IMG/VR virus record: IMGVR_UViG_3300046719_000006
Coordinates: 1-38,810 of that record
Length of the DNA stretch: 38,810 bases
Source: a virus
Lineage: Duplodnaviria > Caudoviricetes
Reading direction: 5' to 3' (one strand)
Below the pieces are notes generated by a model. The model worked only from the letters and a program-made list of their open reading frames with translations. It searched no databases and had not been told where the DNA came from. Shown here one piece after another: positions 25,548 through 34,021 of the stretch (within the stretch, counting starts at the first letter, position 1; the number at the start of each line of letters is the position of its first letter). The position numbers and the translations under genes were made by a program.

Positions 25548-25854
25548 TGGATTCTAACCTCGCTCTCTCTGCCTCATATTCCGCCTCTTGCTCATCTAGT
25601 TCTTCCTGTTCATCGCGCCGTCTGCCGTAGCTTTCACACTCCAGCAGATACAGGATTTCAACATTCTCCGCATCCACCGCGGCTAGGTTCGGGTAGTTGA
25701 ATCGCTCCATCAGTCCTAGGTAAAGTTCGGCTCTGGCGATATCATTGGGTTTTGCAACGTCTCTAGCCTCTGCATAGTCTCTGGTGTGATCCCATTCTGA
25801 GGGGGCGACTCTAGGCCATTGCTCTCGCCATCGTTCAAACTCATTTCTTTTGGG
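25537..25854 (-). CDS. Tail assembly chaperone, -1 frameshift extension (gpT-like)
   Basis: Open -1 frame entered at the slippery site; ends overlapping the TMP start. Confidence 0.8.
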   Translation of the reverse strand, partial: PKRNEFERWREQWPRVAPSEWDHTRDYAEARDVAKPNDIARAELYLGLMERFNYPNLAAVDAENVEILYLLECESYGRRRDEQEELDEQEAEYEAERARLESSGE

Positions 25855-26213
25855 TCCGCAACACGTGCAACGGCGAACACCCATCCTTTAATAATTGTGA
25901 TGATTAGGTGCAGCTCCAAACACAGCATGCCGTTGACAGTAGTCGGCAGTGGTGCGTCTTCCTGCAATCCACACAACGCGCAGGTAGGCTGATCAGTTTC
26001 CACCTCAGGGTGTTCCATGTTCCAGCTAATCAACTTGCTAGCAAAGAAATGGAATACCTCTAGCTTCTTTTCTTCGTCCTTCTCATTCACATTGATGTTC
26101 ATTTTCTGAACAGCTTTAATTTCGCCTAGTGTTGCGCCTCTTGTTACCACTTCTAGTCCCGGATGATCCACGAACTCTAGGCTATAGACCTTCTTGACTG
26201 GCTTGTAACCCAT
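25716..26213 (-). CDS. Tail assembly chaperone (gpG-like)
   Basis: LISWNME motif; between major tail and TMP; ATG 26213 with GAGGGG RBS. Confidence 0.85.
   Translation of the reverse strand: MGYKPVKKVYSLEFVDHPGLEVVTRGATLGEIKAVQKMNINVNEKDEEKKLEVFHFFASKLISWNMEHPEVETDQPTCALCGLQEDAPLPTTVNGMLCLELHLIITIIKGWVFAVARVADPKEMSLNDGESNGLESPPQNGITPETMQRLETLQNPMISPEPNFT
25848..25854 (-). other. Programmed -1 frameshift slippery heptamer C CCA AAA
   Basis: X XXY YYZ in frame at Asp-Pro-Lys; the -1 frame continues RNEFERW. Confidence 0.8.
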
Positions 26214-26257
26214 TCCCCTCAACCTCTCTCTGTAACACGTCTAGCTATTAGTTGCTC

Positions 26258-26659
26258 TTACGTCCAAGTCGGCGTAGTACCGTCCGCGAGGCTGTAGGGG
26301 TGCGACGCGGTGAACTCGCCCGTAGCCGCACGCGTTAGGGCATAGTCGGAAAAGAGCACCTCACCGCTGAGCGACTTGGCGCTAATGGTCAGACTGACCG
26401 TACGAACCACGCGCAGGTCACCAGACATGACAGCGTGAATACGGTTGGCCGCGGGGTTGAACACACTATTGAGCGTGCCGGTCAGATCAGCTAGCAGCGA
26501 GAGGCGCTCCATTGCCGACTTGTCCAGTCCAGTTACTTCCTGAAGTGCATATGGAGTGGAGAACTCTAGGTTGGTAATATCATTCTTGACATCTTGCAAT
26601 GCAGCCGCGGCATTATCGACACTGCACGTAGTCCAGCCAAGTCCAGTTTCTTTAGCCAT
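26258..26659 (-). CDS. Major tail (tube) protein
   Basis: MAKETGLG..QEVTGLDKSAMERL..YALTRAATGE..ADGTTPTW; directly before the chaperone. Confidence 0.75.
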   Translation of the reverse strand: MAKETGLGWTTCSVDNAAAALQDVKNDITNLEFSTPYALQEVTGLDKSAMERLSLLADLTGTLNSVFNPAANRIHAVMSGDLRVVRTVSLTISAKSLSGEVLFSDYALTRAATGEFTASHPYSLADGTTPTWT

Positions 26660-26670
26660 CTTATTTCTCC

Positions 26671-27141
26671 TCAGCCCTGGTTAATTGCATCGATGATCAT
26701 ACCTAGGTGATTGGCGCTGCTGTCCACCCAGTCTTCCGGACGCTGGAATTTCGTTGCTCGCCTATTGGAGAATGAGCGGTAATCCCCCCTACCTGCGTAA
26801 TAGAATTCCGGTCGCTCTAGCGAGAGACGATGCGACGACGCTTGGAAACACACTTGCCCAGGCTCGAAAACCAAATAGGTTTCATCGTCGTCAGCAAGCT
26901 GCATTTCCTTATAGCGCTTGCCAGCATGTGTCACCAGATAAAGCAGATTCTCGCGCTCTAGGTCACTCTTCTTATAGGTCCATCCATCTAGGTACGCAGG
27001 GCAGCTTACCTCTGCGCACGTAGCCTTACGAAAGTGGGTACTAATCGGTGAAGCTACCCGGTATGTCTTGTATAGTTGCGTAGCCATACGCGGTGGTGGT
27101 CTATACACTGATCTATTCATCTCTAATCCTATAGGCAGCAT
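26671..27141 (-). CDS. Hypothetical protein in the tail module
   Basis: 156 aa, ATCAEVSC, FEPGQVCF..H. Confidence 0.7.
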   Translation of the reverse strand: MLPIGLEMNRSVYRPPPRMATQLYKTYRVASPISTHFRKATCAEVSCPAYLDGWTYKKSDLERENLLYLVTHAGKRYKEMQLADDDETYLVFEPGQVCFQASSHRLSLERPEFYYAGRGDYRSFSNRRATKFQRPEDWVDSSANHLGMIIDAINQG

Positions 27142-27884
27142 CAGATTGTCATATCCGTTATGTTAGTAGTCGCCTGCACAGCGAACACTAGGTTGGAAAA
27201 CGTGCCGGTAGTAATAACCCGCAGGTACCGCCTGACCGCCTGAGTTCGGCCCGACTGAATTCGTTCTTTGGTAGCAGCAGTAACCGCTGTGAATGCAACG
27301 CCCGCACCAATAGCCGCGAACGCCGCGTTATCCGCAGAGTCTTGAATGGTAATCGTAGCGCTTGTACCAGTGAATGAGAAGACATGTAGGTATGCCTGCA
27401 AGCCAAACGCCGCGGGCATTCCCTGAATCTGGAAATCAACCCCCGTAGCTGGACTAGTGGCACCGGTATCTGTACGCTTGCCGGCCGTCAGTGCATAGCC
27501 CCAATCGAGCCACCATGCGTTAGATTGTGCATCCACTTCAGCCGTGAACATTCCGGTGTCTTCACGCGTCGGGTTATAGCCAACTTGCTTACCTACGATG
27601 GATGCAACTGGAGCACCCAACGTAGCCCTGTGGAAGTACGAAAAAATACGGTCCGTCCGCGGTAGGCTGGAATATGCTGTGTGCGCATTGCTAGGGTTCC
27701 AGAATGTGGTAGCGGTAATCTGCCCAGTAAGCTGCCCCGCCTTACGCTCGATTGCAAGCTTATCGATCCCTGTCATTTCCAGTAGGTTACTCGACTTGCT
27801 AATCTTACCAAGCGCATTGGTATCATTCGACAGATCATATTGATCTAGATACATCTGTGCACCAAGTCCAGATTCTTTTGCCAT
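27141..27884 (-). CDS. Tail-tube-like protein with C-terminal beta-sandwich (paralog of 26258..26659)
   Basis: MAKESGLG..EMTGIDKLAIER resembles the major tail N-terminus; TIQDSADN..RRYLRV domain. Confidence 0.65.
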   Translation of the reverse strand: MAKESGLGAQMYLDQYDLSNDTNALGKISKSSNLLEMTGIDKLAIERKAGQLTGQITATTFWNPSNAHTAYSSLPRTDRIFSYFHRATLGAPVASIVGKQVGYNPTREDTGMFTAEVDAQSNAWWLDWGYALTAGKRTDTGATSPATGVDFQIQGMPAAFGLQAYLHVFSFTGTSATITIQDSADNAAFAAIGAGVAFTAVTAATKERIQSGRTQAVRRYLRVITTGTFSNLVFAVQATTNITDMTI

Positions 27885-27898
27885 TACCTCACCCCTTC

Positions 27899-28375
27899 CT
27901 AGTTAACTTGTGGCCAGACATCATTAACCAAACACGGAATGGTCATGTCCATAATACGAAACACTGCTCCGTCTATTTCTAGATAGCCTGACTGTGCGGC
28001 TAGTGCTACGCCGAACGCGCCTAGTAAATCAATGTTACGAATGGTGCTTTCGAAATCGAAATCATCATGATAGCGGCGCATTAGATTTGACATGGCTTTC
28101 ATCATCATTGGATCAATCAAATCTTGTGGCTCCAGCAGCATGCCTTGGTACATTCGCAGGGTGAATACCACACGGCCGGTTGTGCTAGCTAGCCCACTGA
28201 TAGCGCCGATAGGCTCCATCGATGCTACCCAGATAGCCGCCGTAAGGCCGCTACGCGGCGCGCGCTTAGGCTCATGTGTGTTCACCTTATCGAAGTAGCC
28301 TGAGCGTTGTACGTCGCTAACCACCGCGTCGAAAATAGGATCGATCCACTCTTCGTTCCCACTCGGCGCTGTCAT
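27899..28375 (-). CDS. Tail terminator / completion protein
   Basis: Size and position; VNTHEPK, NIDLLG, IPCLVNDVW. Confidence 0.6.
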   Translation of the reverse strand: MTAPSGNEEWIDPIFDAVVSDVQRSGYFDKVNTHEPKRAPRSGLTAAIWVASMEPIGAISGLASTTGRVVFTLRMYQGMLLEPQDLIDPMMMKAMSNLMRRYHDDFDFESTIRNIDLLGAFGVALAAQSGYLEIDGAVFRIMDMTIPCLVNDVWPQVN

Positions 28376-28770
28376 CGATTCATTTCCTGTGTATATTGAT
28401 CAACGTAAGGCTTAGCGATTGCTTCCTTATCTTTAGCTAGCCCCTGCTGCACCATTCGAAATGTGTGGTAGCCCTTGAAGCGCGTAGTTTTATTCCGGCT
28501 CGATACGCCTTCAAGCCAGCCACCGTAAATCACTCCGCCATCAGTAATACCCCGATAGGTGCTCCGCCGATCGACTTGAATTCGAGATTCGTAATAACCG
28601 GTTGGCTTCTGTAATACTTGACCTAGTCGACTCTTGACGCGGCGCACTCCCTCCTGAGCTAGGGCATCATTAATCTTGATGACCATGCGTGCGCCAGCCG
28701 CTTTGGTAGCTGAAGAATTGAATACCGCGCCCTTGTGCTCCGTCTTTACATTCACTCGAAAGTTAGGCAT
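28372..28770 (-). CDS. Neck protein (HK97 gp10-like)
   Basis: PTGYYESRI, YGGWLEG, FKGYHTFR; basic; position. Confidence 0.6.
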   Translation of the reverse strand: MPNFRVNVKTEHKGAVFNSSATKAAGARMVIKINDALAQEGVRRVKSRLGQVLQKPTGYYESRIQVDRRSTYRGITDGGVIYGGWLEGVSSRNKTTRFKGYHTFRMVQQGLAKDKEAIAKPYVDQYTQEMNR

Positions 28771-29831
28771 TAGACGGCACCCAACCTCTCTTTACGCCCT
28801 AGCTCCCGCCACGCGCGTTCACGAATGTCGTCTAGTCCTAGACCAGCAGCCTCCCGTGTTCCAGCGCCAGAGCCGATCGTACGGGCGTAGGCGCCTGCAC
28901 TCTGTGCTAGCAAGACGACAGACTCAGCGATCACTAGTTCATTCAATAGGGCGGGGTACTCGTGCACGTACACCGGATCTGCATTCGAATGCGCCGCGGC
29001 GGTCGAGCCCAATGCACCACGAAGCACAATGAATTGGCGGGGGGCATAGATGGTAGCACCAGAGGTATGTGCAGCTAGCACCGTACCGTCAATGGCGCGA
29101 GTGACAATCAGCGAGGTACCGGCGATATCGACAATACGCATACGCTCAGCATCGACAAGAATCGTTTCGCCAATAGCAAATGTAGCGGCACCTGCACACA
29201 CGACCGTACGGTCCGCTTGGCGGTCAGTAATGGTGCCACCGATGGTTTGCGCTGTAGTCACCATTTGGCGGTCAATAAGCATCAGCCGTTCAGTACCAAT
29301 GAGAATTAGCGCACCTACACCAACGGTGTAGTAGCCGCTAGAAGGTGTGAGGGTACATACCGCTACGCTAGAATTGATACCGCCGCTTAGGAGTGCGCCA
29401 GCAAGGCTAGTAGATGTATCGCTATAGCCAAACACACCAGCAATTGAGAGCGATCGCTGCCAAGAATTACCCGCGGAGAATGCAGCGTCGGACGTCAAGT
29501 CAATCGCTAGACGCTGGTAGGGTGGTTCGGCTAAATCATCCCATCTACGCAGAAGCACATTGGATGTGATTACTACGCCGCCTGAGGTAACCGCACTGGC
29601 AGAGACCATTTCCTGGTCCCCTAGGTCTACCTCCCACGATGGGGAATGACTATTGTTGGGCCAATCAACCCTAATGGTTCGCTGCTCAGGATAAAACCTA
29701 CGGTGTAGGAAACCCTCCGCTGAACGCGATGCAGCGCGAATCTTAGAATCGATCATACGATTTGCATGTGCAGATTCAAGTACTTCCGGCGACTGCGCAA
29801 CTTGCTCACGCGTCGCGTACATGACACTCAT
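28770..29831 (-). CDS. Head-to-tail adaptor with inserted beta domains
   Basis: MYATRE..AASR..LHRRFYP; IAGVFGY; insert followed by PALLNELVIAE. Confidence 0.75.
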   Translation of the reverse strand: MSVMYATREQVAQSPEVLESAHANRMIDSKIRAASRSAEGFLHRRFYPEQRTIRVDWPNNSHSPSWEVDLGDQEMVSASAVTSGGVVITSNVLLRRWDDLAEPPYQRLAIDLTSDAAFSAGNSWQRSLSIAGVFGYSDTSTSLAGALLSGGINSSVAVCTLTPSSGYYTVGVGALILIGTERLMLIDRQMVTTAQTIGGTITDRQADRTVVCAGAATFAIGETILVDAERMRIVDIAGTSLIVTRAIDGTVLAAHTSGATIYAPRQFIVLRGALGSTAAAHSNADPVYVHEYPALLNELVIAESVVLLAQSAGAYARTIGSGAGTREAAGLGLDDIRERAWRELGRKERLGAV

Positions 29832-29895
29832 AACCCCTACTCCCGATTGCTTTCTACGGCTGATACATAGAGGACTATTCAGTTAGGTTAGCTGA

Positions 29896-30156
29896 CTAGC
29901 AATGATACTTACGAGCAATGCGGTCTATTTTCGCTGCGAATCCGACTGCCTCAGGTGCGGCATTAGGTGCAGGCTTTCGTAGATCTTCGAACATGTCACA
30001 CCATGCTTGGTTGCTATTTCTAATACCATAATTGGTATAACCTATTGAGGTGCCGACCATTCCTCCAACGCTTAGGAATACGAGAACTACAGCCATCCAT
30101 AATTGCTTAGGGCTAATTTGAATAACCCTTATTTTCTTCTCCCTATCGGACATCAC
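29896..30156 (-). CDS. Small membrane protein with two Cys
   Basis: One TM segment, WC..., C-terminal HC. Confidence 0.65.
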   Translation of the reverse strand: MMSDREKKIRVIQISPKQLWMAVVLVFLSVGGMVGTSIGYTNYGIRNSNQAWCDMFEDLRKPAPNAAPEAVGFAAKIDRIARKYHC

Positions 30157-30430
30157 TATCCCCCAAAGAATTTAGCGATGCATTGCCCGATTCCAATCCC
30201 TGTGATTCCGGCTGAGGTGAAGGTGACTGTAAGACGATAGGCGAATTCCTGATTAGAGATAGCACGTGCGCTAATCCGGGTACGCCTGTCATTGCGGTAA
30301 ACACTAATAGCAACGCGAGGTTTATTTCCCCCGTTATCAGTTGGTAAGTGATACCAGCTAGGCCAGCGAGTAAGAGTAGCCATTCTTTTACTAACGCGCT
30401 TTTGCGTTCGGGTCGCATTGTCACGCACAA
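30143..30430 (-). CDS. Small membrane protein (2 TM)
   Basis: Two hydrophobic segments and a polar tail. Confidence 0.65.
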   Translation of the reverse strand: MCVTMRPERKSALVKEWLLLLAGLAGITYQLITGEINLALLLVFTAMTGVPGLAHVLSLIRNSPIVLQSPSPQPESQGLESGNASLNSLGDSDVR

Positions 30431-30451
30431 GACATCCTATTCTGTTGTGGA

Positions 30452-30495
30452 TTAAAGGGTAGCCAACCGGGGTTAGGAAGCTGGCTACCCTTTAA
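30452..30495. terminator. Terminator after the capsid operon
   Basis: 14-bp inverted repeat TTAAAGGGTAGCCA/TGGCTACCCTTTAA. Confidence 0.75.
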
Positions 30496-30498
30496 CCA

Positions 30499-30876
30499 TT
30501 ATTCGAAATCGCTGAACTCTGCGTCAGTCGAACTAACCCTAGCGCTACCTGATTGCTTCGCTAGCTTGTTCGGGGTAGCGGTACCCGTCGAATGGGCAGT
30601 GGAGTCCATTACCGACTGACTGGAGTGGCTCGCCGTCGAACGGGCACGCCGCTGGCGGGCGGGTGTCGTTGATTCGCTTGACGTCTGACCGCTCTCTGAT
30701 GATTGAATAGAGTCCCCACCATCCGCTTCCTGCGATGTTGATTCCTCCTCTACCTTATTAGGTTGATCGACGTAACCCAATTCGGCACGTCGAATCTTTA
30801 CCGGCTGAGGCGATTCGGGATCGGCCGATTCCTCAGCAGTAAGTGATGCCCCGCCATAGCGCGTTGCCTTAGCCAT
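30499..30876 (-). CDS. Disordered Ser/Thr/Glu-rich protein
   Basis: 125 aa, AAGGA RBS. Confidence 0.65.
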   Translation of the reverse strand: MAKATRYGGASLTAEESADPESPQPVKIRRAELGYVDQPNKVEEESTSQEADGGDSIQSSESGQTSSESTTPARQRRARSTASHSSQSVMDSTAHSTGTATPNKLAKQSGSARVSSTDAEFSDFE

Positions 30877-30885
30877 ATCGATTCC

Positions 30886-31410
30886 TTAGGCGTTCGGCTG
30901 AGCAAGCAGGGGCGGATTACGCATGATCTTGAGACCAGACGGAATGTAGAACACTCCACCAAGAATGGTGCCACCCGAACCGGGGTCGGCAATGTTCACC
31001 GAAAGCCATTCGAAACCAGCGCTGAGCGAGTCAGCCTCAATCTCAAAGAACACGATGGCCTGATCTGCCGACTTGACAACGCCTGCATCAGCGAGCGTAA
31101 GGGTTGCGCCTGCTGCCTGGGTCTGCTCCGTCCACACCTCAGTGCCTAGCAGAGGAGAGGTAACCCGCTTGGCGTACCAATCCGTGATCGCTGCGAGGTT
31201 CTGCGAGGTACCACCCGTGTTGGCGTTGTGCTCCTGCAATGTGAGGATGATTGAGTCAGTACCGGCGCTGTTAGCGTTCTTAAAGAATAGAACACCTAGC
31301 GTCTGGTAGTTACGCATGTGAATGCGCTTACCAGTGTTGGCACCAGCAGCAATGTCAGCTACCGGGTTGATACCGGTAGTAATATCAATAACGTTACCTA
31401 GTGCACGCAT
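30886..31410 (-). CDS. Putative capsid decoration/accessory protein
   Basis: 174-aa beta-rich protein downstream of the capsid. Confidence 0.6.
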   Translation of the reverse strand: MRALGNVIDITTGINPVADIAAGANTGKRIHMRNYQTLGVLFFKNANSAGTDSIILTLQEHNANTGGTSQNLAAITDWYAKRVTSPLLGTEVWTEQTQAAGATLTLADAGVVKSADQAIVFFEIEADSLSAGFEWLSVNIADPGSGGTILGGVFYIPSGLKIMRNPPLLAQPNA

Positions 31411-31700
31411 TAAACCTTCTCCTCCTCAGTGGCATCGTCGTCAACATCCATGTACTGGGCAGGCTCACGCACTACCACAGGCTTGATATCGAATGCCTTC
31501 AGTAGGCGGACGAACGCATCTTCTGCGTCTTCCTTAGAGGCGTAACCCTCCTCCAGAGCAACCGATCCAGCGCTGCCCTTAGTGGTGGAATAGATATCCC
31601 ATGTCTTAACGCCCCGGTGGTCGCTCTTTTCGCCAATGTATAGAATATGGCCGGTCTCCAGATTGGAAACCTTATTACTGTCTCGCCTGGCAATCCACAT
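31410..31700 (-). CDS. Hypothetical protein
   Basis: 96 aa, GGAG RBS. Confidence 0.7.
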   Translation of the reverse strand: MWIARRDSNKVSNLETGHILYIGEKSDHRGVKTWDIYSTTKGSAGSVALEEGYASKEDAEDAFVRLLKAFDIKPVVVREPAQYMDVDDDATEEEKV

Positions 31701-31705
31701 AATGA

Positions 31706-33070
31706 CTAGACTCCAATAGTCAGCTTGACGAATGGGCTGAGCGTGTTGGCGCTGTTATTCTGCGGAGTAATCGCAGAAGCCAGCCACGGACGACCATCAA
31801 GGCGCTCGATAACGCGGAATGCAGTGACATCAGACGAGAAACGGAATTCCTCAGACTGGCGAGCACTCATGGCCTGGCGGTCACCAATGAGGTAGAAACC
31901 GAAATCGACGAAGTTGATATCACCAACCGCACCGACTGCACGCGCCTTCTCGGAAACGATTACCGGGCGACCCAACAGCATTAGCTGAGGCGAGGAAGTA
32001 CCGTCCGGGTAACCACCACCGCTAGTCGTGATGATGGGTCCACCGCCCGGGAGCGTAGCGGTTAGGAGGGAAGGCAGAACATCGGGCGAGAGAATCCACA
32101 CAGCGCGGTTAAGCGACTGAGGCAGCATACGAGCGTACATGTTCGCAATGTCAACCCACTCCACATTGTTGCCCGCGGTAGTGGTAGAACGCGTAACCGA
32201 GATTGCCGCCGGAGCGTTCAGGAAACCGAGAGGCTCACCCACACCACCACCAACGAAGAACGCGACATCTTCAAACCAGGCAATAGCCTCAGGGAAGATA
32301 TCATTAATGAACGCCTCCATCGAAGGCTTGGCATCCATCAGAAGTTCGTTCGGAACCTCAGTGTAAAGAACTAGCTTGTTCGCCTTCAGCTCAACACGGG
32401 AGAACTTAGGCTGCGACTCCGTAAGGGTCGCTCCCTCCTCAGTCCAGTAACCCGTGATACCGCCGTAGACAGACGAAACATTGCTAGTGCTATCCACCAT
32501 GGGGAACGGCACCGTGAGGCTGTCCATCGGGATCACACGGGCACGGGAACGCACGATCGCAGTCTCTAGCGAAACACGAAGTAGCTCCGCCCGTAGCACC
32601 TCAGGAATGAGGAAGCCGCCATCAGAAGGCTTGACCGAAGAAAGGTCATTTCGCAGCGTCTCAAGCTTGCGCGAGAGATCTGCATTCTTGAAAGCGTGAT
32701 TCGAAATCGAGTGAATAAATTCAGCAGGGTTGCTGAACATGTTGTCATGCGCCGCGCCTAGCGCCTTCTTGTTATAAACCGTGTTCGGCCGAATACGTGC
32801 ACGGGCATTCGGGTTGTCAAGGTTGAGGCGATGAGCGATAGCGTCCGTACCATCCTGCTGGTTACGGAGCCACTCAATCATAAACTTCTCAGCCTGCTCG
32901 TTAGGCTGCGCCTCTAGACCCGGGTCGGCCTTAAGCCGAGCATTAACCGCCGCTTCCATATGGTCGGCGAACCGCTCAGGGTCCCCCATAATCTCTTTCA
33001 TGGTGGCTCGATCGGTAAGCTGCTCATGCAGCTCTTCCGTAGTCTTCGGAACGGGAATCACTTTAGGCAT
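31706..33070 (-). CDS. Major capsid protein (HK97 fold)
   Basis: DGGFLIPE, WTEEG, NELLMDA, GGGVGEPLG, LLGRPV, GDINFVDF, RLDGRP; ATG 33070 with GGAGG RBS. Confidence 0.95.
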   Translation of the reverse strand: MPKVIPVPKTTEELHEQLTDRATMKEIMGDPERFADHMEAAVNARLKADPGLEAQPNEQAEKFMIEWLRNQQDGTDAIAHRLNLDNPNARARIRPNTVYNKKALGAAHDNMFSNPAEFIHSISNHAFKNADLSRKLETLRNDLSSVKPSDGGFLIPEVLRAELLRVSLETAIVRSRARVIPMDSLTVPFPMVDSTSNVSSVYGGITGYWTEEGATLTESQPKFSRVELKANKLVLYTEVPNELLMDAKPSMEAFINDIFPEAIAWFEDVAFFVGGGVGEPLGFLNAPAAISVTRSTTTAGNNVEWVDIANMYARMLPQSLNRAVWILSPDVLPSLLTATLPGGGPIITTSGGGYPDGTSSPQLMLLGRPVIVSEKARAVGAVGDINFVDFGFYLIGDRQAMSARQSEEFRFSSDVTAFRVIERLDGRPWLASAITPQNNSANTLSPFVKLTIGV

Positions 33071-33074
33071 CGAA

Positions 33075-34004
33075 TTACCTCCACGCGTCAACTAGATCAG
33101 CAAAGCTATTTGCCTTCGCAGGCTTAGGTGCCTTGTTACGCCCTAGGTACTTAAACCCACGGTTGGTTAGACGATGCGACATATGCATTAGAGAATTGAG
33201 AACCTCATCCTCATCTACCTCTTCAGCATCTGGCTCATCCTCACCAGGCTCTTCCGGTTCGTCGCCGTCTGGCTCTTCCGGATCCTCTTCCGTAGGCGGC
33301 ATCTCGGCCCCCTGCTTGAGGCGGGTATACATGGAATCCATTAGCCCTAGGTCAATTGCTTCCTGAGCGAACATCCACGTTTCCGCCTTCATGAGTGCCA
33401 GGCACTCTTCAGACGACATACCCGTGCGCTTGGCGTACATGCCGGCAACGTTCATATCCTGCTCATTGAGCCAGGCCATGGTTTCACGACAGTCATCCAC
33501 ATTGCCCTGCATACCGCACATGACACGGTGGATCATAAGCTGCGATCCATCCATCATTTCGCAAGTGTCGCCTGAGATTGCGATAATCGATGCAGCACTA
33601 GCGGCAATGCCATCTACCCGAGTGGTAATATGTGACGGGTGCTGCGCAATAGCACTAGCCATTGCAATAGCTTCAATCAGCATTCCACCCGGTGAGTTAA
33701 TCCGGATCGTGATCTCAGGCGCATCGATTTCATTTAGCTGATTGATAAAGTCGACGGCACCAACACCGAACGATCCACCAATCTCATCGTAAATATAAAC
33801 CTCGCCCACCTGAGCATCACCGGTATCAATCTCCGGCATTTCCTCTAGTGGCTCTTCCTCGGCCGCATTGCGCGTTCGAATCCTAAACCAGTCGAGTTTC
33901 GTATTACGAATCTCATTAGCTAGTGTTGGATTAACATTCGCTAGGCGGTCGAGCAACCGAACCTTTTGCAGGTTCAGTGCCCGTATACCGGGCTGAGGCA
34001 TCAT
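33075..34004 (-). CDS. ClpP-type prohead maturation protease
   Basis: IYDEIG, INSPGG, DGIAASAASII, MIH, ETWMFAQEAIDLG. Confidence 0.93.
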   Translation of the reverse strand: MMPQPGIRALNLQKVRLLDRLANVNPTLANEIRNTKLDWFRIRTRNAAEEEPLEEMPEIDTGDAQVGEVYIYDEIGGSFGVGAVDFINQLNEIDAPEITIRINSPGGMLIEAIAMASAIAQHPSHITTRVDGIAASAASIIAISGDTCEMMDGSQLMIHRVMCGMQGNVDDCRETMAWLNEQDMNVAGMYAKRTGMSSEECLALMKAETWMFAQEAIDLGLMDSMYTRLKQGAEMPPTEEDPEEPDGDEPEEPGEDEPDAEEVDEDEVLNSLMHMSHRLTNRGFKYLGRNKAPKPAKANSFADLVDAWR

Positions 34005-34021
34005 TAGGTTTCCTCCCTTCC

